64,000 nt of DNA from Mobula hypostoma (Eukaryota): positions 49,540,001 to 49,604,000 of the forward strand of contig NC_086108.1 in the NCBI RefSeq assembly GCF_963921235.1. Reading direction: 5' to 3'. Below are positions 26,001 through 41,000 of the stretch, piece by piece. Positions within the stretch are counted from its first letter, which is position 1, and each line of letters begins with the position of its first letter. A program made the position numbers and the translations under genes. The notes beneath the pieces were generated by a model. It saw only the letters and a program-made list of their open reading frames with translations, searched no databases and had not been told where the DNA came from.

Positions 26001-29000
26001 CTAAGATTGATAATTAACTGGCTGTAACTCAGATGACTGGCTGTTGCTTTGTGCTCCTGAGTAACCACTTGAAGCAGGGTAGGGCCTCGATCCAGCAGTC
26101 ATGGCAGTAACAGAGCTGCATGCCAAAACAAGCCCGGAGATCTCCTGGGTAAAGACAAAAGGAGTGCTTGTGTAATGCAGTAAGGCCTAGCTCCGACTTG
26201 CCTTTCCAAGTACTGAGTGCTGATTCAGAGTTCAGCTCTCATTAGTTCCTGAAGAAAACAGCTTTCAGGACGTTAAACAGCCCTTTCCTGTGAAGCAAGC
26301 TGTTTGCAGCTGTGCAAAGAAGGGACAGAGGAAGAGGTATAGTTTACTGCAAAATCACTGAAGTATTTAAATTAACTCAGAAAGAACTGGTGCTATTAAT
26401 TGGTTGTTGAAAATTGAAATTACTCTTGAAAACCTATGGATGGCATTGTGTGATTTGATGTCTGCTCACCACTCACCGTGCAGGTCTAACCACGGTATGA
26501 ACAGACATTGCCATCCTGAGAGCGCCGTGTACCAGCTCGGTGGCACACTCCATGCCAGTTGTGGATTATTAGCATGCGGGAAGGCACTTGTACATGTGCT
26601 GGAGACCTTATTTCCCTGGCTTGGGAAACCCTTGGTGATGTTTCTCGGCTGCATCTTTTCATGAGGAGGAGCGTGGCTTCAAACTTAGCCCCTTGTCCCA
26701 AACAAGAAGACACAATTGAAAAATGTCACCATGGTTGGCATCAGGGAAGAAGCAGCAATCTGAAACACTTAGGGATATTGGGGCAAATTTCGACATTCGT
26801 TTGATTATTTTCCTAGAACATCTCTGTCTTTGTTCTTGGGCTTTTGTTGTTTATATAATTCAGACCGTCCGATTTAGACCCAGAATAAGCCAGGAATCCT
26901 AGGAATGGGTCAGGACCTCACTGGGCTAGAGGCATTTCATCCACAGCACTTGTGGTGAAAAACGCCAGTGCAGCCTGTCACTGTATACGACCAGGGATAG
27001 GGCATGCTGAAGGATGAACTTTGCCAGCAAGCTGGCTCAATGTTCGGCAATTACTCTGCTGACCTGGCCGTCTTGTTGTTGAAATGCAATAGGTCTTGAA
27101 GATTTTATCATCTTTTTGGGGAGGGGGCACTGGAATTTGAAGAGCAATCCTAATCTCAGATTCTTATACTGTTTCCATGTACCTTCTCCACCAGCATAAC
27201 CCATTTTTAAATATTAACGTTGATCTGACAGAGAGAACATGACTTGATCCTGTTCCAGATATGCACTACTTGGTAACCAACATGGTCCTGACAAAGGGTC
27301 TCGGCCCGAAACGTCGATTGTACCTCTTCCTATAGATGCTGCCTGGCCTGCTGCGTTCACCAGCAATTTTGATGTGTGTTGCTTGAATTTCCAGCATCTG
27401 CAGATTTCCTCGTGTTTGTGTTTTTAAAAACCAACATGGGGTGTTCACTTTTCGCAAAAAGCAACCAGGAGTGTTTCATCGGACAGTTAGTATAACTACT
27501 GCCTGCAGCTCAATCGATTCGAGTTCAGCCCTGATCTCCAGTCCTGTCTGTGCAGAGTCTGCCCATTCTCTCAGGGACTACACAAACTTTCCCAGCTGTT
27601 ACGATTCCCTCCCACATCCGAAAGATGTGTGGTTTCTAGATTAACTGGCATTAGGGTATAGTTGAGCGGTAGTTGTTGAGAATGTGCCAAACAGTTTTTT
27701 CCCTATTGACAATTGATTTGAGTCTTACAGAATTTTATGATTATTATTATTATTTATTATTAGAGATACAGTGCAGTAATAGGCCCTTCCAGCCCAAAGA
27801 AAATGCGCAACCCAATTACACCCATGTGACCAATTAATCTACTATCCTGAATGTCTTTGGAATTTTATGAATTTAGTGGCATTATAAGAATCTCCACAGG
27901 CAGGAATGAAACTTTTATTTCATTTATCAGATTTGGATATGAATCATCTCTTTCGCTTCAGTCCTGCATTAGACACAATCACATTAAATGGGCAGAGAAG
28001 ACTACACTAACTGCAGCGGACTGCTGTAAAGATCAAAAATAAGGGGATTTAGATGCTGAAAAGCACTGTAAAATAACTTAAAAGAAATGAGAACAAAAGA
28101 TGGATGGAATGTGGTGTTATTTTTGTGTTTCTATTACAGTGAAATACTTGAAGTGCTTGCATGCACAAGAAATACATTGAACTTTACTGAAAGATAACTT
28201 CAGTTACAATTCCAATTATATCCCAAGCCATTTGTTTGCTGGGACACTTCTATCAGATTCTTAATCTTTCACAGAGTTCTTCTATCTGTTTATTTATCAC
28301 TGCACCATGCAACAATTCCTAGTTTGTGGCAGCACTTCCCTGCACAATCCTTGTCTCCAATTTCCAGCAACTGGTACCTTGCCCATGACAATTTATCTGC
28401 ATTTTCGATCACTCCATCACTGATTATTGCCCATCAGTTGCTTAGCTCCCAAAACCTGGAAGATGCCTTCTGAATTTTTGCATTCCAAAAAATGTTAAAT
28501 GTCGGTAATGTGTTCTGTTGTAAACCTTCTCATCTAATGAATGAATATGTAGCAACACTGAAAACCAGGTGCTTGTCTCTCTGCTCTGTTTATCATCCTG
28601 CTAGGGAGACACTGCTAGGCATTGCTGGATGAAAGATTTGCAGATTTGCAAATCCACAAAATGATGCCTGCTTATTGCTGACTCCACAGGACTCTGCTAA
28701 GCAGCCCAATAATTTTACTCTGGCTTTGGATTAAACTGTCTCTAAATTGAAATTAGCCCTAAGACATAAACTTAACTCAAAACAAGAAATTTGTAGTGAC
28801 TGAACAGTAATGTGGTAAAGGGTCCAAGGAAGACTGGTGAATTGGACTGCCCAGTTGTACACCTTCACTCTTTTTGTTACAAAAGGCAGGATCTCCTGGT
28901 GGCCAACCATTTCAATTTGACTTCCCATTCCAATTCCACATGTCAATCCATGGCCTCCTCTACTGCCACGATGAAGCCACACTCAGGTTGGAGGAGCAAC

Positions 29001-32000
29001 ACTTCATATTCTGTTTGGATAGCCTTCCACCTGACGGCATGAACATCAATTCCTCCAGCATCGGGTAATCTCTCCCCCTCCTTTCTCCTCTCTTTTTCTA
29101 TTCTCTATTCTGATTACTCTTTCACTCCTTCACTTCTCCTGGCTGGCCCACTATCTCCCTCTAGTTCCCATCCTCCTTCCCTTTCTCCCATGGTCCACTG
29201 TCTTTTCCTATCAAATTCCTTCTTCTTCAACACTTTTATCTCTTCCACCTATCACCTCCCAGCCTCTCGCTTCATTGCCCCTCCCACCCACACACCTTCC
29301 CATTCACCTGGTCTCACCTATCATCTGCCAGCTTGTACTCCTTCTCTTCACCCCTTCCTTATTTTGACCTCTGCCCCCTTCCTTCCCAGTGCTGACAAAG
29401 GGTCTCAGCCCGAAACAAGGATTGTCCATTCCCCTCCATAGATGCTGCCTGACTTGCTGAATTCCTCCAACATTCTGTGTGTGCTGCTCAAGTTCCAGCT
29501 TTTCTTAACTAAACTGGTAATTTAGGGGAAATTTTAAGACACTGGTTTCTGAACAACTAGACTCAAATTCATTAAGTTTATAGCGAAGAGACATACTAGG
29601 AGTTACATTCTGCAAGTCTGGGTCAAACTGCATTACACTGTTTACATGCAGCTATATCTTGAATTCCAAATAAGCAGGCAATTTGCCCAAAATATAGGCA
29701 TTAATAATCTATATATGTGAAGAGTGAAACTGATCAATTAGATCACCATGAGAAATGAACGTCATTTGTGAAGGAGTGTGTGTGTGTGCATTTGATGAAC
29801 TGATTTACTCAATCATGAATTTGTACTATGTGATATGATGTCCTTGTCTCATGCCTCACTGAAATAATCAGTAATCTCTGCATGGCTGAACTTCAATGAA
29901 ACCTTGGATCACTGACTACAAAACAGGTTACATTCAAGTCAGTTGAAATATGATAATGTTCAGTCACTGAGTTTTGAAGGAATAATAGTGATGAACTTGA
30001 AGAATATTCAAAGCGTGAGATACATTAATTCTGTTTTAGCATTATAACACAAAACAAAGGTAACTTCTTAAGTTTAAAACAGCGCTCTGCCTAGTGCTCT
30101 AGATTTAACTATTGGAGGAACCCAGATCTGTCAATTATTAACAGATGTACTTTTGGATGCACACATCAGAGGTATGGAAATACCACAATCTGCAAGTTTC
30201 CCACCAAATCACAATGCTTTCAGACCCTGAACAATGCAAGTACCCTCAGCACAAAGACTACAGCAGTTCAAGGCAATAGCTCCTCACCAGCTTCTCAATG
30301 GCGATTTGAGATGGGAAACAAATTCTGGCCCTGCTCAAGATGCCCACAACCAAAAAAAATTTGAATTAAGGAAATAGATATTACTTGTGAACAAGTAATG
30401 AAATGAAGTGGTTGTAAAACGGTTTGGTCCTGATACTGTTTAGGAAAGGAAGGAATGAGCTATTAATGGAAATTTCCTCCCCATCCCGACCTAGGAGCGT
30501 AGTAAATTACTCTTTGATGCCAGAGATGCAGTGAAGCGTTGTTCCATTTTAAGTCACTTGCACAGCTATAACACTGGTTAACAGTTAACTAGTTGGACTA
30601 AGAGGCCTATCTTAACTGTTAAGGAATCTTAGTCGAAAGTGTAAAAGAATGTTTCAAGGTGTAACTCTTTGCTGCCTCTGCAAAGTTAATTCTAATGATT
30701 CAGGGTGTGCTCTGGGTGTGTAAGGGAGAGCACTTCATAGTATTTCTCTCCTAATTCCATGATGTGGGTTTACTTTAAAAGCTGTATTTTTTACAGCAAG
30801 TCTAAATGGAGCTCTTTAACTGATAGTAGTTAATTGCAAAATAGTCTCTCAGAAGACAATATATTATCTGAGTTACAGCCATCCACTGCAATACTTTTTG
30901 GCATTCATCACTTATACTGCGTAATGGGACTGCGTCAAGTGTGCTTTTGTGCAGAGCACCAACAGCTGAAACTGATGGCTAGCATTTAAGTTTTGAGGTG
31001 GGATCGCATAGAGCAGTGGAACTTTCAACCCACACTATCAGTATTGGACATGCACAATATAGAGTTATTGGTTTCCACAGAATGTTTAGCAACTTGGAAG
31101 GTACCAGATTTCACCGCAGACCGACTGTGTTGAACCAACAGCTCACAACAATTTCCATTCATGCTGCACTTCCATGCTGCATTACAAAATCAGAGGAAGC
31201 CACGTGGCTTACCGAGAGAGCAATTCCATCAGACCCGTTCCCCGTTCCCCCAGGTATTTTCCTGGAAACTATGAGATTCTTCCCACCCACCAACACAAGG
31301 AATAATTTTAAGTAGCCAATTAGATTAGAACATGAGGACACGCAGTCCTCTTTTATTGTCATTTAGTAATGCACGCATTAAGAAATGATACAATGTTCCT
31401 CCAGAATGATATCACAGAAACACAAGACGAACCAAGGCTAAAAAAACTGACAAAAAACACATAATTATAACATATAGTTACAACAGTGCAAAGCAATACC
31501 GTAATTTGATAAAGAACAGACCATGGGCACGGTAAAAAAAAATTATCTTAGCAACAAGCACAACTTTGGGATATGGGAAGAAAGAAGAACACCTGATCAC
31601 AGGGAGAATATCCAAACTCTGCAAGGAAAGTTCCAGAGGTCAGGGTCACTGTGTCACCCAATGACCCAACATAGAGCGTAGGGAACTTCACAGCAATGTT
31701 ACCAGACAAAATTTCATCTCCATTCACACAGAGAGAAGAGACCAAAAGCTCAGTTAAAGGTTTTCAAAAGCATATGAAGGGCTGAAGGGAAAGACTGAAG
31801 GGCTGGGCCAGGTGTGTGTAACACAATAAAGTTCCGACTAGAGGGATGAAACCACAAACACGAGAAAATCTGCAGATGCTGGAAATTCAAGCAACACACA
31901 TCAAAGTTACTGGTGAACGCAGCAGGCCAGGCAGCATCTGTAGGAAGAGGTACAGTTGACGTTTCGAGCTGAGACTCCTTGTCCTGATGAAGGGTCTTGG

Positions 32001-35000
32001 TCGACTGTACCTCTTCCTAGAGATGCTGCCTGGCCTGCTGTGTTCACCAGCAACTTTGATGTGTGTTGTTGGGATGAAACCACCTTGTGTTTCTCTTCCT
32101 GAATGCAGTGTGGGAATCCCTATTGACATTTAAACTAAAGGGAAAGGCCTTGTTAATAACCTGGGGACACTTGATCCAGGCTCACTGAGTAGTGCAGCGG
32201 AATTGCCTGCAGAGCCCTGTTCTTTGGGTGTTCCTTTTATTTGCTTGTCCTATTAGGAAGTGCTTCTCCTCACCCACATGGCAGTTCTAAGCAGGATCTT
32301 TACTCAAATGCGTTTATAGATGATGGAGCATGATGATAATGACTGGTGGTTCCTGAACGACATTGAAAGATGTGAACAATTTCATTCAGCTGGGACATAA
32401 GGTCTACCTGACCATGATGGGGGTAGTGGGTGTAAATATGGGGGCAGGAAGGAGAGGTCCTCTGCGGTCACTACCCAACCCTCTCTGATAAACATGCAGC
32501 ACATTTGGGACATGTGAGTTTGTGTGTTGGTGCAGAATCTGTGCGAGTGTGATATTTTTGTCTCGCTTCAAACAGGATCTAATTTACATTCCTACATCTG
32601 TATCTAACAGTAGGTGTCTACATGCTGTTGGGAGAAGGGTGGTTTCACAGAATTGGGATGGAGTGGAAGATAGTGCAGATAATATACTTCATAGGGAGAG
32701 CAGAGGATTTACCTCCAAATGGAAAAGCGAAACAGAGCCACCTTGTGGCACTTCCTTCTTTGATGGGATCAGTGAAAGTATTTTGAATGCTGCTGATGTA
32801 AATTGTATTTTTAATAATCTGTGTTAAAGAGTCCTTAACCTGAAAGGTCAGGCTAACTCATCTCATTACATTTTGTAATGGAAGCCAGTTATTTCAGGAA
32901 CAAAAATAGCCCAAAGCTCCATTGCAGATGTTGTACTACTGGTCTACTAGCAACAGGCACCAAGCAAGAATGTCTAGGTAATAACTGCTGAAGGATCAGA
33001 ACTAAAGTGAGCCAGAAATCATTATACAAATGTTAATAAATTCAGCTTAAAAACCAAATCTATGTCCTTCTGTTAGACACCAGGTCCATGGACAAATGCT
33101 TGCATTTGTCTTGCACCTTATCACACAGCCTTAACATACTGAGTAACATGAAATTAATGTTCAATTGCATTTCTTATGCAGGCAGTTCATTAAAAACCTG
33201 ATATAAAGTTATTTTACTTTCTTTTCATACGGACTTAAGGACAGTTTTCTATAAGGAAAATGCAGGGGGGTAGTGTAAAAGAAATGGTAATTTCTAAAAT
33301 TAAATTCTCTTGGTTGCAATGTTTCTATTTTAATTTAGAAGTCACCTATCATAAATAGTTCCAAGTTTGTTAGTGAGTTCTGCGGTTATTTGAGGGTTAT
33401 GATACGTGAAAGTCTGGCTGGTGTGTCGCCGAGCCATTCTGACTGTGTGAGCCGGCCCTCAGCGACAATACTAAATGCCCCCCAGGAGTTCTGTGGTCAT
33501 GCTGTGTTTCCCTATTGATATAATCCGTTTAAATCCATTTCCCCTGTGAATCTTCTTTGCTTGTACTTTGTTACAATTTTAACATTCTTAAACATCATGC
33601 TAAATTAAACATACAACGTAATTATTTGTCCTGGATCATTTCACAGCACAGTGAGGTTAAGGGTCTAGACAGGCAGACTACTACAGCTGTTGCTTTGTGG
33701 AGTTAAATGACTAAAATGGAGTTTGATAGGGTTGACAAGCAATTAAAACAATAAAAGGAACAATGATTAAAACAAGCCAATGAAGTACGGAATGTTTTTA
33801 ATCAATCAGGTGAATTGCATTGTTAATGCAGCTATGAGCAAGTACTACTGATCGGCAGACAATTTAATGAGTCAGTGCAGCATTAAATATGAGTGAAAAA
33901 TAAATTGTTTTCGAATGGTGCTGCTGGTATTGACATTAATCGGCATCTTTGGTTAAGCTATATATTGTCTTTCCACAGCCTGCAACTGTAACCGTAGGGC
34001 CAGACAATGCGTGTGGGATCCTACACTCTATCATCAGACCGGAAGTGGTACACGCTGTGTAAACTGTGTTGGTAACTTTGAGGGAATACACTGCGAGAAA
34101 TGTAAGGAGAATTACTACGCAACACGAGGCAGTCACTGTCAGCCCTGCCAATGCAATTTACTGGGTAAGTTTGTGGAGTTCTGGGAGAGAGTACAGTGAA
34201 ATCATTTGCCTACAGCCCAATGGATTAAGGGTCGATATTAATCAGATCAAGATGGCACCTTGAGGCTTTTTTACTTTAGATTAAATGACCATTCCAATCT
34301 TGGGTGAGTGATCTCTGCAGTGGGCTTTCCTCTTTTCATATTTGATATCAATCTCCATGGATGATTGGTGAGAATCATCTGATATAATGAGCACAGATAA
34401 ACAGCACCATTTAGAAAGCTTTCTCAGGAGACCTGATGACAGATTCATGGAGCCACTTTGCTGTGGTCTGCTGTCCCCTGCTTCCTTGTTGTATGTTCCA
34501 GAGTGAAAATAATAGAAAGAACTGGGAATTTACAGTCCTCTGTGCCACTTTGTTTTAAATTAAATCATTTTGTTTCTGTGCAAGAGAAAAAAGAAATATA
34601 ATTAGTCCAAAGATTTGTTATTTAGTAAATCTAAAAGTGGTAAATGTGATCTAACTTTAAGCATCTACAAATTGAAGGCTGCGGAGAGCTACCATTTAAT
34701 TTTGCACACATATAAGCCAATAACAACACCAGCATAAAGAATAAGCCATACTTGCCTTAAGTAGACTCCATCTAGGGGTTGAGTGTTCAGTCTATACATT
34801 ATAGACCATGCAACACAACAAAAAGGAGACAATGTTTCAATTTCATGTCAAATCTTCACATGACAAGAAAAGTTTACAAAATTGAATGCAAAAATACTTG
34901 ACAAAATTGTCAGTGACTAGCAGACACTATTGCACTGTTGCCATTTGACAACGTAGGGTCTGCAGACGCTGGCACCTAGCACACAAAACACACTGCTGGA

Positions 35001-38000
35001 GGAAGTCAGCAGATCAGGGAACATTTGTAGAGGGTAATGGACAGTTAACTTTTCAGGTCAAGACCAGATGAAGGACCAAGACTGTCCTTTCCCCTCTGCA
35101 GATGTTCTCCGACTCTCTAAATTCCCTGCTCTTTGTTTTTTGCGCATAGTTGACTTTCACTGAAACTACTTGTGACCCGAGTAGCAAAATTTTGAGAATC
35201 TGCGTAGAATGCCACAGCCCAACACTGATGCTTCTGAAGGCTGTAATCTTTCATTTGGTAGCAAGCAGCAGGAAAGGGAAATCAGTTCCTGTACAAAGTC
35301 GATAAAATTACCTCAAAGTATGTTTAAGTCTCAGTTGCCAATGACTAAACTCTTATTTTATCTTTCATAAAGAAAGAGTAATTGATCAGGGTGGGTTCAG
35401 TAATACAACGCAATAGTTTCTTCAAGTCATCGTCAAGGACAGAAGAGAGTTTGCAAAAAACCTGAAGAAAATGAATAGATAGTAAACAATTCATCGTTGT
35501 GTGTATATACTCATATACTTGGAACTATGGTAAAGGCTCTGCCTCACAGTGTTGAGACATCTGTTAATGCTTCACAATGTGCCACGTTTTGACATGTTGC
35601 ATGGAAATGCAAAGGCATCTTGTAAGTGACCAAAATATCGATATTGGTTGATCAATTGTGAACTAACTACCTTTTCCATGCTTAAGTGATTATTAAATGT
35701 CTGCATTAATATACTATCTAGACAGCATCATTCCTGCTCATGTAGCACTCAGTTTGTCTGTATTATCGGGGATGAACACCCTTTGTTTTTTTAAAATCGT
35801 GGGATGGACTTTGAACCTGAATGCTTTTAATTAGAGTTAAAAGTGCACTCAACTGAGTGAAGTTAACAAGAACTTACTGTGAAGTGGTTTTGTTTCGATG
35901 TTTTCTGTTTCTCTCAGGCTCCACTGGTAGTAGCTGTGATGAGTACGGTCGCTGCAGGTGCAAAGCAGAAGGGGTGATTGGGGACAAGTGTGACAAGTGC
36001 CAGCCTGGGTTTTACTCATTATCCAGCACTGGTTGCAGGTAGGTGAACTGTTACCTCCTCCTGCATGGCATGTCTTTTGAACTATGATGTAGTACTGCAC
36101 TTTTAATGCATAACAACAAAAATAAAACAGCGAACTTAATGTTTGTACAGGCCAAAGGCAAGCCATTGTTTTAGAGGTACACCACTTATTAGTTCTATAA
36201 TTGAAATATAAATCTGCCTTTCCTCTGTTCAGAGGTAAATCAGGTCTGCTGTTCGTTGATATTGTTTTCTGCCTTTTGAACAATTTGCAACATCTGGTGT
36301 TTCTTATTATTTCATCTATTGCACTTTTAACTTTCTGCAGTATGCCAGATAACTAAACCAATCCACTTCTTGCGGCAAGGTTGATCAATGTCTTTGTAAC
36401 TCTCGATTCACATCCTAATCTTTTTGAATTGCTCGCACTTCCATTCCTTTGATATTCTTCCTTTATAAGCAACTGTCTAGTTCCCTTTTAAAACAATTTA
36501 TGGGCTTTGCTTAAACAAAGATTTGTGGTGGAAAATCCTACATTTTAACCATAGAGTGTGCAAAGAATGCTTTTTAGCCTTTCTTCTGGTTTTTGGTGAT
36601 CTTTACTTTATGCCATCATATCATCAACTCATCAATCAGTGCACACAATCCTTCAGTATTTACCATTTCCAAACCCTGCACAATTGTGCAATCCTCCATT
36701 AGCTCATCCATTAACTATGCAACCTTGATGAGAAGATTTGAATCTCCCTTTGCAATGTGAATTTTTCATCTTAATGGGTTTAGGCAACAATCTTTTCATT
36801 GTTTTTATGCCCATTTTATAACAATGTTCTCCAGACTATACATCACACCACAGGCCGAAACACCAAATAGTTGATTAACAAGTACTATCAGTCAGATGGG
36901 AAGGGGAACATGTGGGTCAACATAAGTTACCTGGGTCAGCCGGGCAAGTTAAGAGCTACATTATCCACATATTTCCATGTAACTTATATGAGAGTGGCAC
37001 ATGGAGTCAAAAACATTCAGTACTCTCTGGTCAGTGACGTGATCTGCTATTACTTTAACAATATACTATTTTGTGAACTCATCAAAGACCTATATAAGAG
37101 AACACACTACATCACACTGTGCACAATCACTGTGTTACACCAGCCAGATTTCTTCACAATAATAAACTGCCAGCACCTCTCTACACAGAAATATAAAGGT
37201 TTTACCATTAGCTGAGAAATAGTGCTTCCAGAGCAGGGTGGGTGGAAAGTAGCAGGACAAAACTTAGTGTTCCATTTGAGTTAATCATTGCATGACACCC
37301 AATTCTCCCAGAATTAAAAAACTGTTGTTTTGATGGCAGGCGCTGTACTTGCAATATGGCGGGTGTTACAAGAATTTGTGATGCTGAAACAGGAGAATGC
37401 AACTGTAAATATAATGTTGAAGGGTCCAACTGTAATCGGTAAGTGGTTCAAATAACCTCACCATTAGGAAGAGTTCTCTCTCATATTTCTTCTATTTTTC
37501 AGATTTCTGCTCTCACCCCAGCTTCCTCCAGATGGAACAGTGCTAAAGTGCCCCTAGTGCTCACCTATCACCCTCCTAGCCTCCAAATCCAGCGCATCAT
37601 CCTTTACCATTTCCACCACCTACAGTAAGATCCCACCACCAGCCATTTCTCCACTCATTTCCACCTTCTGTAGGAACCACTCCCTCCTCGACTCCGTGGC
37701 CCACTCATCTCTCCCTGATCTCTGAGGTAAACCCCTGCATCTACCAGAGGTGTAACACTTACTCTTGCAGCTCCTCTCTCACCACCATCCATAGACCTAG
37801 ATAGTTCTTCCAAATGAGGCAAAGATTCATGTGCACCTCCTCCGACTTTGCCCACTGCATTCAGTGCTCCTGACATGGGTCCAAGGGCAGATGAGGAACC
37901 TGATTTAAAGACAAAGATTAGCTTTATTTGTTATTGAGATGCGTCGTTTTGTGTCAACGGCCAACACAGTTTGAGGATTGTGCTGGGTGCAGGCTACATG

Positions 38001-41000
38001 TTTTACCATGCTTCAGGTGCCAGCATAGCGTGCTCACAACTCAGTAGCCCTAACCGTATGTATTTGGAATGTGGGAGGAAACCAGAGCACCTGGAGAAAA
38101 CCCATGCGGTCAAAGGGAGAGCACACAAGCTCCTTACAAGCAGTGGCGGGTGTCAAACCCTCATCAGCGATTGCTGGTATAGTAAAGCTATTGCGCTAAC
38201 TGCCACGAACAATTCACCGAGCGTCCATGCTCTCTCTGCAAGGGCCATCCTAAGCTTCCGTCAAGTGCAGTTTCTGTTCCCCTTCCCATTCCCACACTGA
38301 CCTGTCCTCAGCTTCACCCTCCATTGTCCTTCCTCATCCATTGCCAGAGTGAGGTCATATTCCACATGGGTGGTCATAGCCCAGCGATATGAATATTGAT
38401 TATTCCAAATTCAGAATAGATTCTGCTATAGTGTGCTCCTCCCTCTCCCCCAACCCCCCCCATCTGATCCTCCAGTCCTCTTATTTTCATCTTCTTTCCC
38501 ATGTGCCAGCCCCTCCAGCCTCCCCTCACCCATTTTCATAGTCCTCTCAGTTCCAACCTACTACCCATACATTTCTCCCTCTGCCTCTCATCGCCCAACC
38601 TCCTCCATCTTGTTCTGGTTTCATCAGCCTTTCATCTCTCTCTTAATACTTCTTCTTATCACTCTCCTGTTATCAGATACTGAATGTATGTTCCTGTTAT
38701 CACCTTTTTGTAGCTAAAACCACATTTACCCTCCCCCCCACCAGGTTTTATCAGCCCTTTCAGTCTTGCCTCCATCTAACATCCATCTCCTGCTGACTCC
38801 CAGCTTCCATGCTACCCCTTCCCTACCTGACTCGATCTGTCCGTCATCCTTCAATCACCCCAGCCCTGGTCCATCCCTCATTAACCTGGTCCCTGTCTCA
38901 TCACTCCCCTCACCTCTTTATACCGGCTATCTTCCCGTTCCACTTTCAGTCCATGCCCAAAACATCATCAATTTCTCTCCTTCCACCACCCCTCATGCCA
39001 AAACCAGCTTAACCTCCAAGTTTATCCAACAAATTGATTGTTGCTCCAGGTTCCAGCATCTGCAGTCCGCTGTGTCTCCATTAGAAAATGCACGTGCAAC
39101 TACATATGTTTTTACACTATAATTATGTTTAACATTGGCAAGTATAACTGTCCTTAAGTCATACTGGTAAAGTAGCAAATCTAGCATTGTTAGTTACTTC
39201 ATCGGCATAATTCTTTGACAATATCTTCTGACCCTCCCTCCCTACCTACCTATGGACCTATACCTGAAGCTAATAAAATATACAAATTGCACAAAATTTT
39301 ATTAAACATATTAGTTAACCTTTATAGTTACTATTTTATTGCTATTTGATTAAAACTATTAGTCTTCCATTTTATTTTTCAACAAAATATTGAGCAAAAA
39401 TGCATAGTAAAAATTAATCCCTGGTCTTGGATGTTATTTTACAACAAGGGTCATTTTGCATGAATTAGGTGGATCTTTCAGCATTTGATAGGTGTCTGCC
39501 TGATTTGGAAGTACTGTTGAGCAGTGCTATATCTCAAAGGAACACCAGTATCATGTAAATAAAGCAACAAGAAACATATTCCAAATGATTTTTTTCTTCC
39601 CCAAAGTTGCAAGTTTGGCTATTACAACCTTCATCCAGAAAACCCCATGGGCTGTTCAGCATGTTTCTGCTTTGGGCATTCATCAGACTGCAAAGTGGAT
39701 GATGGTTACCAGGAGGCTGACATCACATCCACCTTTGATTCAGGTACTGTGGCACCTATTGTAATGAACTGAGCTGAGGTAGCGCTCAACAACTAATCAT
39801 GGTAGAAATTTAGTTAGCATTAAGAATAAAGTGAGGTCACGAGCCAGAATTTTTGGCGGACTCAAATGTAAAATCAAGCCTGTGTATGGAATCAATGGTC
39901 GAGTAGTCAAAGTGAAAAGATTGTTTGAATGATTTGTGTATTGACATTTTGGAATATGTTACCCTAGTAAGCCAAAAGCTACCGGTTTGGAGAAGCCAGC
40001 CTGGGCTTCCGGTTTTGAGAGCTATGCATCTCATCTTCACTTTCCTCAGCTGGCCTACAAACATTCATTGTCCAAGAGCAGAGTTTCTGGAATGCAGCTA
40101 GTGTCTACAGAGTCATACATCAGCATTGAGGTGACAGGAGGAGTCAGGTTGGAATGTGTCCACCTTCGGGCTGTAGGGTTGGAGAATAACTATTGGAAGT
40201 TTTGTACAAACTAAACTCTTACTTGTAGTAGTGTGAGGAAATGCAAGACAGGTAACAGTAAGATCCTTTGATAAGAAATCACAGTACAGCAGGTGTTAAA
40301 GATAATGATCCAAGTGCCCATCTGAGCCATTTAAATTCTCACCTGAAACAAAAGTTGTTTTCCATTTCAGAGGAAGTGGATTCAAAAGCTAATCTAGTAA
40401 TGTTATGGAAGTTGTCAATGTATTAACATTTCACTTTGTCATAACATTGAAATGCATGTTACTCCAGCTTGAAATATTTCAGAAAAGGAGTGCACCATTG
40501 TTACGTTATACCAAAAAATTTGTGCATCAGTTTGGTAAGGAAGAAAGACGCAAATTCCAATTATGTACTTAGAACTACAAAGCTTTGTCTATTAGGACAG
40601 AATAGCAAGCATTAAGATGCTTATCTGGGTGTTCACAGGCCCCTCTCACTGCCCGACCCGTGGCACCGTACACGACCAGCTCATTGGCGAGGCCCAAGCT
40701 GCAGTATATTTATACCCAGTCCACTGATATGAAATGCTGCAGTAGGTAGGTCAATACATTAGCACAATCTCAAACCACCAAACCAGGACCACTTATCATC
40801 ACTATCAACACACTTCACAACCCACAACTGTTCACCTGATTTTCATGCTCACCTGGTTGTAGATTGCATTCTGAATGTTGTATTGTAGCTCCATGGTTGC
40901 TGTGTTGTATCTCCACAGTCATAATCTAAGCTCCTGCAGCCAGTTCACATACGCCCAAGGTCACAGTAGCGAAGACGTTTGATAAGCGTAAGGATTAACC

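Noticed and set aside
26440..26494. Alternative first exon (ATG...ccacg|gtatga, phase 1, compatible with exon 2)
   Set aside because: Encodes no signal peptide and has a weak donor; the 16969 exon fits far better. Only transcript data could rescue it.
40620..40990. Small CpG-rich patch in intron 5, possible antisense exon or old transposon
   Set aside because: No frame gives a recognisable protein and I could not find termini or a TSD.
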